A stretch of 64,000 nt of DNA from an uncultured cyanobacterium (GTDB taxonomy: Bacteria; Cyanobacteriota; Cyanobacteriia; Cyanobacteriales; CAWCAG01): assembly GCA_963803805.1 (NCBI GenBank), contig CAWDOD010000002.1, positions 992,001 through 1,056,000 on the forward strand. Reading direction: 5' to 3'. Below, in pieces: positions 21,014 through 30,370 of this stretch. Under the pieces are notes generated by a model. It did not search any database, had not been told where the DNA came from, and saw only the letters and a list, made by a program, of their open reading frames with translations. The position numbers were made by a program, and so were the translations under genes. The first letter of the stretch is position 1. Each line of letters opens with the position of its first letter.

Positions 21014-21152
21014 GTCTCCTGATTGGTATTTTTTTTACATAGCAGCTTTTAATATTAAAGTCTTAAGGATAAATCTTCAAATTTGGCAAGGTGAGATTAA
21101 AATTGTTGTCATGCTTCAGGGCTAATGTTAGATCTAAATTGCTAGACCAAAA

Positions 21153-22034
21153 ATGGTACATACACTAGAAAACATAGATAACATCAAACGACAAGCTCAT
21201 CAGGGGAGTGTTGCCGCAATTATCCAAATCTTGAATGAGCGTCTTGCAAATCGAGGAGTAAGAACTAGAGCGGTTTTGGCTGAGGGGGTTTTGCAACTGC
21301 TATGTGAAGCAGCACAAGTAGAACAACTCGAACAGACCTCATTAACTCAAGAGGTTAAGCACATTTTAGAAGATCTTGCTCCCCATAATATTCATCGGGT
21401 TAACATCAACAGTCGTATAGTTAGGGAACAGCAGTTACTTTGGCTAGAAGAAATTAACCGAGATCCAGAAAACCAGTTACTCTGGTCAGAAGAAATTGCT
21501 TTGGCTAGACCCAATTTTTTCTACAGTTTCATACAGCAGGTTCAAGAATTTCAACTCCCTAGTCTCCAGAATCGCCATTCACCCCAACCAGATCGTTCTA
21601 ATCAACCAGCTAAACGTTCTTTCCGGCGTGGTTTATTAGGAGGTGTCACTATCACAGCTTTGGTATTTGTCCTTGGTACAATTCTGGCTAGTCGTCAGCT
21701 AGAGAGAATTGTAAACCCCAACTGGAGCGCTTTGCTTAAATCCTCCTCTAAGCCATCTCCCCAGACTGTTAGCTCTCCCCAAGTGATCACCGAAGATCCT
21801 TTTGCTGAGGCAGTTAGGTTAGCGGAAACGGCTTCTGCTGACGGCAAGAAGGCTCAAACTACGGCAGAATGGTCAGATATATCCCTTAAATGGCAGCAAG
21901 CATCTAATCTGATGGCAGCAGTACCTACAGCTCACAATCGCTATGTTACTGCTCAAGATAGAATGATTCGCTATCGTCAAAATAGTGAAATTGCTCAACA
22001 GCAAGCACAAACAACGGCTAACAAGGTTGAATAA
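21153..22034 (+). CDS. Conserved cyanobacterial membrane protein
   Basis: QAHQGSVAAIIQILN N-domain, one TM segment, DPFAEAVRLA...W..A..LM helical C-domain. Confidence 0.75.
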   Translation: MVHTLENIDNIKRQAHQGSVAAIIQILNERLANRGVRTRAVLAEGVLQLLCEAAQVEQLEQTSLTQEVKHILEDLAPHNIHRVNINSRIVREQQLLWLEEINRDPENQLLWSEEIALARPNFFYSFIQQVQEFQLPSLQNRHSPQPDRSNQPAKRSFRRGLLGGVTITALVFVLGTILASRQLERIVNPNWSALLKSSSKPSPQTVSSPQVITEDPFAEAVRLAETASADGKKAQTTAEWSDISLKWQQASNLMAAVPTAHNRYVTAQDRMIRYRQNSEIAQQQAQTTANKVE

Positions 22035-22178
22035 CTTTAATAATTTTTTGATAGCTAGAACTAAGGAGGGGGCATTCTAAGAACAATATAAATTAGTGAA
22101 ATCGCTAATTTATGTTAGTAAGAATAAAGAATTGAGAAAGCTCTTTGATTACTTTGAATAAATCACTTTTTAGCAACC

Positions 22179-24212
22179 ATGCTAAGGTCTTTTTCCGCCA
22201 ATCACCATGACTCCCCTAATTTAATGGCTCCACAGGAGAAAGTTGCCAGTAAGATGAAGCACAACCATGAAGCTAGCGAGATCGGCTTTGAGATTCTTGA
22301 TAATATCAGCCATAGTCAAGACTCTCAGAGTATTCTGCTCAATCTTGCTAGAACTTTAGGCAAAAGCTTTCAAGCCAATAGTTGTTTAGCGATCGCTGGT
22401 ACTAGTCCTAATGCCAATGTCCAGGTAGCTTTGTGGGAAGACGGGGTTTCTAGTATTCCGATACTTACTCACCATGAACTACTTTCCCAGCCATTTTTCA
22501 AGAAGATTTTAGGTCAAAAGGAAGCTTTGGTGGTTGCTGATTTAACCACTGACGAGCATTTTTCAGCTCTTCGATTTTCTTGGACTTCTCTTCGGCTCAA
22601 AGCTATTTTGGCTATTACTACCTATTTCCAGGGTAGTGCTAATGGCATAATTGTTCTGGGTAGCTTTCAACCCCAAAAGTTTAGTAACCAAGATCAAGGT
22701 TTACTTACTGAAGTTGCTAAATTTATTGCCGTTGCTATTTCTCAGTCTTACCTTGGCCAACAAACACGCCTTAGTACCAAATACCAAAATTTGGTCAAGG
22801 AAATGAGCAAAACTATTAGTAAGGCCTCTGATCCAGAAGCTATGCTCAGTAACACCCTAGCTGAAGCTGCTCATACTTTGCAAGTGGATCGAGGCTGGCT
22901 TTTGATGCTCAAATATGCTGACCCCCTCTCCAAAACCCAAGCTAAAGCTAAAGTGACTTATCATTGGTCAGCAGATACTAATGCTATTGAGTCTCCCAGT
23001 GGTCCTACAAGCATCACTAATTACTCTTTTTGGATTACAGATTGTTTTTTATGTCAAAAAGCCCTAGAGAATGCACCACAGTTAGTTACTGTGGCTAACT
23101 CTACCCAGTTGCCTCAGCTTCAACAATCAGAAAAGCCATCTTGCTTTTTTGATTTGAAAGCTTTGCCAGCCCTATTAATAGCCCCTTTAATGGGGCGCGG
23201 CAGCAACAATTCTAATCAAAGAGTGGTTTTAGGCTTTTTTGTTCTCCAACATCGCCAACCTAAAGTTTGGCAACCAGAAGAAGTTGAGTTAGTTAAGTGG
23301 GTAAGTACTCAAGCTAGCACCGCAGTAGTTCATGATCAAACCTTGCGTCAGGTACAATCTTTGGTAGAAGAACGTACCCTCCAACTCAGAAGAAGTTTGG
23401 AGGTACAGGCAATGTTATACGATAAAACCAGGCAGCAAGTAGAGCAACTTCGGCGCTTAAATCAGCTTAAGGATGAATTTGTGACGAATATGAGTCATGA
23501 GTTAAAGACTCCTTTAGCAAGTATGAAAATCGCCATTAGGATGCTCAACCAGCCCCAATTATCTTCTGAGCAACAAGGAAGATATTTGGGTATCTTAGAA
23601 CAGGAGTGGAATCGAGAATACAATCTCATTCAAGATTTTCTGACTCTTCAGGATGTAGAATCTAACCAATTTGTTATCCATCCACAACAGTTTGAACTTC
23701 AACCGGTTATTAATGAATTAGTTCAAGGGTTTGCTCAGAAATGGCAGCAGGATAGAAAGCTGAATTTAGAGCTTAACTATATTTCCCCAATATCCCCCGA
23801 TAGTTCTTGGCTGATGTATACAGATTTATCTAGCTTTAAACGTATTTTCCAGGAACTCCTCACCAATGCCGGGAAATTTGCCCCGAAAAATAGTACGATT
23901 AGCTTCGGTATTGAACAAAAAATTCAAGGAGAAAAGCCAAAAACTACTTTTTCTCTAACCAATACAGGCTCTGGTATTTCCCCTGAAGAACAAACCTACA
24001 TATTTGACCCTTTTCGTCGGGGTAAAGGGGCTACAGAGGGAGCCGTACCTGGTACAGGTTTAGGTTTAGCTTTAGTTAAGTGTTTAGTACAGCATCTCAA
24101 TGGCACAATAAATGTATCTAGTTCTGTTGCTCAAGATAGTCTTCAGGGTAAAAGTTCTTTTATTGTCACTCTACCTCACCTCAATAAGCAGCTAACTAAT
24201 CTTGATGGATAG
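22179..24212 (+). CDS. GAF-GAF sensor histidine kinase
   Basis: H-box MSHELKTPL, N-box ELLTNAGKF, G-boxes NTGSGI and GTGLGL. Confidence 0.92.
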   Translation: MLRSFSANHHDSPNLMAPQEKVASKMKHNHEASEIGFEILDNISHSQDSQSILLNLARTLGKSFQANSCLAIAGTSPNANVQVALWEDGVSSIPILTHHELLSQPFFKKILGQKEALVVADLTTDEHFSALRFSWTSLRLKAILAITTYFQGSANGIIVLGSFQPQKFSNQDQGLLTEVAKFIAVAISQSYLGQQTRLSTKYQNLVKEMSKTISKASDPEAMLSNTLAEAAHTLQVDRGWLLMLKYADPLSKTQAKAKVTYHWSADTNAIESPSGPTSITNYSFWITDCFLCQKALENAPQLVTVANSTQLPQLQQSEKPSCFFDLKALPALLIAPLMGRGSNNSNQRVVLGFFVLQHRQPKVWQPEEVELVKWVSTQASTAVVHDQTLRQVQSLVEERTLQLRRSLEVQAMLYDKTRQQVEQLRRLNQLKDEFVTNMSHELKTPLASMKIAIRMLNQPQLSSEQQGRYLGILEQEWNREYNLIQDFLTLQDVESNQFVIHPQQFELQPVINELVQGFAQKWQQDRKLNLELNYISPISPDSSWLMYTDLSSFKRIFQELLTNAGKFAPKNSTISFGIEQKIQGEKPKTTFSLTNTGSGISPEEQTYIFDPFRRGKGATEGAVPGTGLGLALVKCLVQHLNGTINVSSSVAQDSLQGKSSFIVTLPHLNKQLTNLDG

Positions 24213-24224
24213 TCCATCACCTTC

Positions 24225-25907
24225 ATGCTCACCACCACTGCCTCTAAGCCATTACATTGGCAACGCACTCGTTATTCGACTTGGCAACGTCAAGTTGAAG
24301 TTTTTGGTGTAGCAAGTAAATTTTCCTTTTTTGTGTTTTGGGATCAACTTTTCGGACGTAACTCCCCTCAACAAAGGAATAATCGCGCTCATTGGTTAGT
24401 TAATCAGTTACTTAATTTAGGGCCAACTTTTATTAAAATCGGTCAATCCCTTTCGACCCGTGCAGACCTTTTACCCCTAGAATATATCCAAGTTTTAAGT
24501 AAGTTACAAGATCGCGTTCCACAGTTCGATTCAGTCGATGCTATTAATGTTATTGAAACTGAATTAGGCAACTCTCTACATACTTTGTATCGAGATTTTG
24601 ATCGCTTCCCCATCGCTTCAGCTAGTTTGGGACAGGTACATAAGGCTAAATTACATACAGGAGAAGATGTTGTTGTTAAGGTACAACGCCCTGGTTTAAA
24701 AGAATTATTTAACCTCGATTTTGAAGTTTTGCATCGTTTAGTACGTTTTGCTAATCGTTATTTACCTGGGACAAGAAAGTACGATTTAGAAGCTATTTAT
24801 CAAGAATTTTTTCAGATTCTTTACCAAGAAATTGATTATGTTCATGAAGGGAAGAATGCTACTCGTTTTCGAGAGAACTTTCTCGATTATCCTCATATTT
24901 TAGTTCCCGAAGTTTATTGGCGCTACACCACGAAAAAGGTTCTCACTTTGGAATATTTGCCGGGGATTAAAATTGATGATCGCCCAACTTTAGAATCTTG
25001 TCAGATTAATACTAAAGAGATTATTCAATTAGGTATTTGTTGTTATCTCAAACAACTACTTCAGGATGGCTTTTTCCAATCTGATCCTCATCCCGGTAAT
25101 ATGGCGGTGAGCGAGGAAGGAAAGTTAATCTTTTATGATTTTGGTACTATGGCAGAGGTTAAGCCCATTGCTAAAGAACAAATGGTGAAAACTTTTTTTG
25201 CGGTGTTAAAAAAGGATACAGAAGAGGTGGTTGATACTCTCACCTACATGGGCTTAATTGAACCAGTGCCGGATATGACTCCTGTTAAGCGTTTAATTGC
25301 TTTTATTTTGGAGAAGTTTACCGAAAAACCGGTGGATATCCGAGAATTTGATGCTCTACGTAACGAAATATACTCTATGTTTGAGCAGCAACCTTTTCGC
25401 TTGCCAGGGCAAATGACTTTAATTGTTAAATCCCTAACTACTTTAGATGGTATTGCTCGTCGCCTCGATCCTGAATATAATCTCGTTGCTGCTAGTCAGC
25501 CTTTTATTCGCAGCCTAACCATTTCTGGGGGTGTTAAGGGGAATCTGGTGGGAGAATTGGCTCGACAAGCTAAGGATTTTATTACTTACAAGCTTAAGCA
25601 GCCTAGCAAAACAGCGAGGATTTTAGAAAGCTTACAATCTCGCTTGGAAAGGGGAGAAATTGAACTTCGTGTTCGCTCCCAAGAAAGCGATCGCCTTCTA
25701 CAACGTAATTATTTAGGTATCAAATGCCTAATTTATGCCTGTATTTCTGGTTTTACTTTGGTAGCAGGAACAATTTTGTTACTGGGTTCCTATAAAGTGA
25801 GTGGGATCGCCTTTTTAATTTTCTCAGGGTTGTGGTTGGTGATTTTCTTACGCTCTTTACTGAGGTTGAAGGTAACAGAAAGGTTAGACCGTTTAGGGAA
25901 GCTTTAA
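24225..25907 (+). CDS. ABC1/AarF/UbiB atypical kinase
   Basis: LGPTFIKIGQ, ASASLGQVH, VKVQRP, DPHPGN, YDFG. Confidence 0.95.
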   Translation: MLTTTASKPLHWQRTRYSTWQRQVEVFGVASKFSFFVFWDQLFGRNSPQQRNNRAHWLVNQLLNLGPTFIKIGQSLSTRADLLPLEYIQVLSKLQDRVPQFDSVDAINVIETELGNSLHTLYRDFDRFPIASASLGQVHKAKLHTGEDVVVKVQRPGLKELFNLDFEVLHRLVRFANRYLPGTRKYDLEAIYQEFFQILYQEIDYVHEGKNATRFRENFLDYPHILVPEVYWRYTTKKVLTLEYLPGIKIDDRPTLESCQINTKEIIQLGICCYLKQLLQDGFFQSDPHPGNMAVSEEGKLIFYDFGTMAEVKPIAKEQMVKTFFAVLKKDTEEVVDTLTYMGLIEPVPDMTPVKRLIAFILEKFTEKPVDIREFDALRNEIYSMFEQQPFRLPGQMTLIVKSLTTLDGIARRLDPEYNLVAASQPFIRSLTISGGVKGNLVGELARQAKDFITYKLKQPSKTARILESLQSRLERGEIELRVRSQESDRLLQRNYLGIKCLIYACISGFTLVAGTILLLGSYKVSGIAFLIFSGLWLVIFLRSLLRLKVTERLDRLGKL

Positions 25908-26133
25908 TACTACTTTAAACTAACAGCTTAATATTGCGTATGGGAATTAGCTTAAATATAGCCAATTTAGTTAGGGTAGTTGTTGCCCATCATTTAGCAC
26001 CTATTTCATATTAGTAATTTTCTCTAGTGGTAACAAACTTGACTAGCGTGCAATAATAATTTTAGCTCATCATCAAAGGTCTTAATTCATCATCTCTACC
26101 ATACTTTTTAGATAATGGGATAAGAGTGGAATT

Positions 26134-26595
26134 ATGTCATACCTATCAATGACGAGGTTGAAGCTTAAATCTCCTCGCCACTTAATTCCTTTTTGGATCT
26201 ACAACGAGAAAGTTGTGTGGCAGGTTAGGAAAGCTGAGGGATTTTTACGGGGTAGATGGCTAGCAAATTATAGTCTTTCCATGTGGACAACAACTCTTTG
26301 GGAATCGCAACAAGTAGCGAAGAAGTTTTATCTCCAAGGTTCTCACCGGGAGGCCATGACAAGACTCAGTAAATGGTCTTCTGAAGCGGTTTTATGTTCT
26401 CAAGATATTAATACAACCGAGTTACCTTCTTGGCAAAAAGTTGGTGATGAACTTGCTCATCAAGGTAGATTCGTTGCCATAGAAGAGCCGTCCTTTAATC
26501 ACCAAAATAAGGTAGTAGAAGCACCTAATTTTGTGAGTTTAACGAGAGAATTTACTGCAACTCACAGCCAATACTTTGTCCTCATTAATAAATAA
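26134..26595 (+). CDS. DUF3291/ABM-like dimeric alpha-beta barrel protein
   Basis: TRLKLKS, AEGFLRG, WTTTLWES, HREAM pattern. Confidence 0.6.
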   Translation: MSYLSMTRLKLKSPRHLIPFWIYNEKVVWQVRKAEGFLRGRWLANYSLSMWTTTLWESQQVAKKFYLQGSHREAMTRLSKWSSEAVLCSQDINTTELPSWQKVGDELAHQGRFVAIEEPSFNHQNKVVEAPNFVSLTREFTATHSQYFVLINK

Positions 26596-26619
26596 AGCTC
26601 AACTTAATCTGCTGGAAAG

Positions 26620-27510
26620 ATGGAAGATAGAACTTTAAATCAAGAGTTGATTGTTAATATTGCTAATCAGTTTTTTCCTGAAAAAAAGCCTCTTTTGATG
26701 AGTCAAGGTTATACATTAGAAAATCTATTTGTGGTGCGTTATCAATACCCTGCCCATGAAATTCCTGAACATCTTGTTCCCTACACTATTTTGGAGGTGA
26801 TTGAAGATGGTAATTCTATCCCCCATAAGCGGCGTTTAGTAGATAACTTGTATAATGAACCATTGCATGGCGGTGAGTTGTTTTTTTATCCCCAGCATTG
26901 TGATCATGCTGTCAGATGGGAAGGGGAAGTTGCATTTACATTACTAATGTTTAGACCACAACTTTTTGAGCAAGAATTTGGCTGTAGTAGCTTTGCTGAC
27001 ATCTTTCCTTTTTTTGATAAATATGACCGTGATATTTATACCTTAGTGCATCTGATTATTCGAGGATTAAAAAGAGATGATCAGGATCTTGACTACATTG
27101 ATTATTTAGCCTTACCCCTTGCCAAGCGTCTTGTTTCCTTAATGGGATTAAAACATAAGGTTATTCAAGAAGGCCAATCACCGGAAAAGAGGATCAAAGA
27201 AATAACAGATTTTATTGAAGCAGAAATTGAATTAGGGCGCAAACCAACATTAGGAAAATTAACCAGACAAGCAGGCTTTCAAAGTCAATCCTACTTCAGT
27301 AAGCTCTTTAAAAAAGAAATGGGAATTGCCCCAAGTAAGTTTGTTAACCAAAGAGCTATAGAAAAAGCTAAATATCTACTAAAAAAAACAGATACCAATA
27401 TTACGAAAATATCCCAGCAATGTGGTTTTGATTCAATTAGAGCTTTTAATGAAACCTTTAAAAGAGTAGTAGGAGTTACACCTAGTAAATTTCGCGCAGA
27501 GTTTAAATAA
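26620..27510 (+). CDS. AraC-family transcriptional regulator
   Basis: C-terminal double HTH: YFSKLFKKEMGIAP and CGFDSIRAFNETFKRVVGVTPSKFR. Confidence 0.92.
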   Translation: MEDRTLNQELIVNIANQFFPEKKPLLMSQGYTLENLFVVRYQYPAHEIPEHLVPYTILEVIEDGNSIPHKRRLVDNLYNEPLHGGELFFYPQHCDHAVRWEGEVAFTLLMFRPQLFEQEFGCSSFADIFPFFDKYDRDIYTLVHLIIRGLKRDDQDLDYIDYLALPLAKRLVSLMGLKHKVIQEGQSPEKRIKEITDFIEAEIELGRKPTLGKLTRQAGFQSQSYFSKLFKKEMGIAPSKFVNQRAIEKAKYLLKKTDTNITKISQQCGFDSIRAFNETFKRVVGVTPSKFRAEFK

Positions 27511-27817
27511 GAGAGTAAAAATCCGCTACATTGAGAGCAAAAAGTCGCGAGACTACCCTTTATTTGTTTGTTATTGTTGGTCTTGTCATCATCTCAATCA
27601 ATCCCTGTGTAGCAAATATTGGTTATCACTTAGGGAAATATATCAGCGAAACTTAACTCATTCAGTTACTAAAAATTATTCGTTCTTTAACTTCTGGGTT
27701 AATGGTCACATACCCTAAGATTTTTTGCCATTGGGGGCATTACCGAAGCAAGTTTTCCTAGAAAGAATATTTATCCTTTTTTGTCAACTTTTAACACCAA
27801 AGAGTGGAGGTTTTCCC

Positions 27818-28408
27818 ATGTCTAAAAAGTTTGTCTCCAGTATGATCGCTAGTACATTAGCCCTTGGCAGTATTGCCCTAACAAGTCAACCAAGCCAAGC
27901 CCAAAGCGCTCGTTTTTATTGTGGTGTCAGCCAAGGTGTACCAACCACCATTGCTACTACTCCTAGGGGGAATGTCCCTGTAATTCGCTGGGTTTCTAGC
28001 TATTTTTCCGGTTCCGGATATGACCCCCAAACCCGTTGTCAGGAAGTATCAGGACGTTTCCAAACTTATTATAACAATGGCACTCTCAGCTACATTACCA
28101 CAGGAATTATGAATGGTTTACCCGTAGTTTGCGTTACTGGTACTAATGGTGGTTCCTGCAATGGTTTGTTGTTTACCTTGAAAAAAGGTCAAAACGCTAG
28201 CAAAACAGTACAACAGTTATTTGATGTCCGTAGCGGTGCTAGTGGCCCTTTATATGAAAGTTCCAATGGTGATAGTGAGCAAATCTACATTGATGTTAAC
28301 AACTACCTTAACACCAGTCCTGTGGAGGAAGCTACAGAACCTAACCAAGCAAATCCAAATCCTGTTCAGCCAGAAACTGGTAATGCTGAAGGTGGTTCGA
28401 TTTGGTAA
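27818..28408 (+). CDS. COP23-domain secreted protein
   Basis: ATG at 27818 follows GGAGG. Signal peptide, then FYCG, VIRW, PQTRCQEVS.RFQ, PVVC, LLFTL. Confidence 0.85.
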   Translation: MSKKFVSSMIASTLALGSIALTSQPSQAQSARFYCGVSQGVPTTIATTPRGNVPVIRWVSSYFSGSGYDPQTRCQEVSGRFQTYYNNGTLSYITTGIMNGLPVVCVTGTNGGSCNGLLFTLKKGQNASKTVQQLFDVRSGASGPLYESSNGDSEQIYIDVNNYLNTSPVEEATEPNQANPNPVQPETGNAEGGSIW

Positions 28409-28565
28409 ACAAATGTTGCTTTGTGCATAAAACTAACATTTGCAACCAGAGATCAAAGTAGAGAATTACTTGCAAAAGAAATATGCTTATGTCTCTTAAA
28501 TTGTCGTCCCGATTAAGCGCCATTGTCACCTTTACCTGCATCATTTTGCTAGCACCCTTGTACCT

Positions 28566-29348
28566 ATGAACTGGCGTGAACTAGTTTTGATTAGCATTAT
28601 TACTACTGCAATTCCAGTAGAAGCCGAGGTTTTAAAAGAAAGGGGTTTTGCTGCAACAGAAAATTATGCTTTTCTGCAACAACAAGCCCAAAATATCACC
28701 GTTAAGGTTATGTCTGGGCCTACATCGGGTTCTGGCATTATTATCAACCGGGAAGGACAAACATATACGGTTTTAACTAACCGCCATGTTTTAAATCCTA
28801 GTGATAATCACAAAATACAAACCCCTGATGGCTTAGTTTATCAAGGCACTGTGTTAGAAAAATCTAACTTCAGGGGTCATGACTTAGCTTTATTGCAGTT
28901 TCGTAGTCGGGGTGCAGTCTACACCGTTGCTTCTTTAGCAGATTCTTCTCAATTGGGGCAAGAAGAAACTGTTTTTGCCGCCGGTTTTCCCCAAGAAACG
29001 ATAGGAGAAGGTTTTGCTTTTGCGCCAGGGAAAATCTTCCTAGTTCTAGAAAAACCCCTACAACAAGGTTATCAGGTAGGTTACAGCAATGATATTCGTA
29101 AAGGAATGAGTGGGGGGCCTTTGCTTAACAGCCTGGGAAAAGTCGTTGCCATCAATGGTATGCACGCCTACCCCCTTTGGGGTAATCCTTATATTTACGA
29201 AGATGGTTCTCGCCCCAATCCCAATTTAAGTAGGGAAATGCAGCATTACAGTTGGGGCATTCCCATCAATACTTTTCTACAAGCCAAGGGGCAAGTAGCT
29301 ACATCAGTTACACCTGAAGCCCAATCACCACCGGAATATTTGTGGTGA
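28566..29348 (+). CDS. Secreted trypsin-like serine protease
   Basis: Catalytic triad motifs TNRHV, DLALL, GMSGGP. Confidence 0.9.
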   Translation: MNWRELVLISIITTAIPVEAEVLKERGFAATENYAFLQQQAQNITVKVMSGPTSGSGIIINREGQTYTVLTNRHVLNPSDNHKIQTPDGLVYQGTVLEKSNFRGHDLALLQFRSRGAVYTVASLADSSQLGQEETVFAAGFPQETIGEGFAFAPGKIFLVLEKPLQQGYQVGYSNDIRKGMSGGPLLNSLGKVVAINGMHAYPLWGNPYIYEDGSRPNPNLSREMQHYSWGIPINTFLQAKGQVATSVTPEAQSPPEYLW

Positions 29349-29384
29349 AATTAACTTCTCAAAATTGATTAAAGGAAAATAATT

Positions 29385-30311
29385 ATGAATATATCTCAGC
29401 AATTTCCTGCTATTTTCGCTGGTACAGCAATTGCCAGTGCTTTAGTAATTTTGCAACCCCAAGCAGCCCAAGCTTTAACGGGGGAAGAGATTAGTGATAT
29501 CTCTCGCGAGGTTACTGTTTTGATTAAAGGTGAGGAAGGCGGCCATGGTTCTGGAGTTATTGTCTCTCAAAATGGTAATAGCTATTATATTCTCACTGCT
29601 AATCATGTAGTTTCCCAACAGCAGAAGTATAATATCGTCACTGCTGATAAACAAGCTTATGTCGTTGAGTACAGTAAAGTCACAAGTCTCCCTGGTGCTG
29701 ATTTAGCAGTGATAGAGTTTGGCAGCGATAAAGATTATCAAGTTGCTAAGTTAGCTAATTCTGACCAAGTTAAGGAAGGTAAACCAGTTTTCGTTTCCGG
29801 TTGGCCTCGTTTAACCACTGTTGGTAAAGCTTCCGGAACTCAATTAGTACGACAGTTTACTAATGGTCAAGTTTCAGGTTTCCTCGATGCACCTTTGAAT
29901 GGCTATGAAATGATTTATACCAACACTACTCTTGGCGGTATGAGTGGTGGCCCAGTATTAGATGCTGGAGGGCGTGTAGTGGGCATCCATGGCTTGGGGG
30001 ATACGGAAGATTCAGAAAGATTACAGCGAGAAGGATTAAGCGAAGAGTCTGCTAGCAGCATTGCTGGTTTGATTAAGCCCGGTTTTAATTATGCGATTCC
30101 CATCAACACCTTTTTAAGTCTTGCGCCGCAACAGGGACTCTATTTAAGTTTACAGGTGGATAATTCTGCTGCACCTCCATTAGGTGCGCCCTATGTAGCT
30201 AGTGGTGAACCTGATCCTCGCGACACTATTTCTGATATTAATGAGACTTTGAATACCGTTAACGGGGCAGTAAATACTCTGCGGAATATTTGTGGTTTGT
30301 TTGGTTGTTAA
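29385..30311 (+). CDS. Secreted trypsin-like serine protease
   Basis: Signal peptide; TANHV, DLAV, GMSGGP. Confidence 0.9.
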   Translation: MNISQQFPAIFAGTAIASALVILQPQAAQALTGEEISDISREVTVLIKGEEGGHGSGVIVSQNGNSYYILTANHVVSQQQKYNIVTADKQAYVVEYSKVTSLPGADLAVIEFGSDKDYQVAKLANSDQVKEGKPVFVSGWPRLTTVGKASGTQLVRQFTNGQVSGFLDAPLNGYEMIYTNTTLGGMSGGPVLDAGGRVVGIHGLGDTEDSERLQREGLSEESASSIAGLIKPGFNYAIPINTFLSLAPQQGLYLSLQVDNSAAPPLGAPYVASGEPDPRDTISDINETLNTVNGAVNTLRNICGLFGC

Positions 30312-30370
30312 AGCTTTTTCGGGGTGGGCTATGCTCACCTCTTTTTTAGTTATTTATTGTCGGTGAAGTT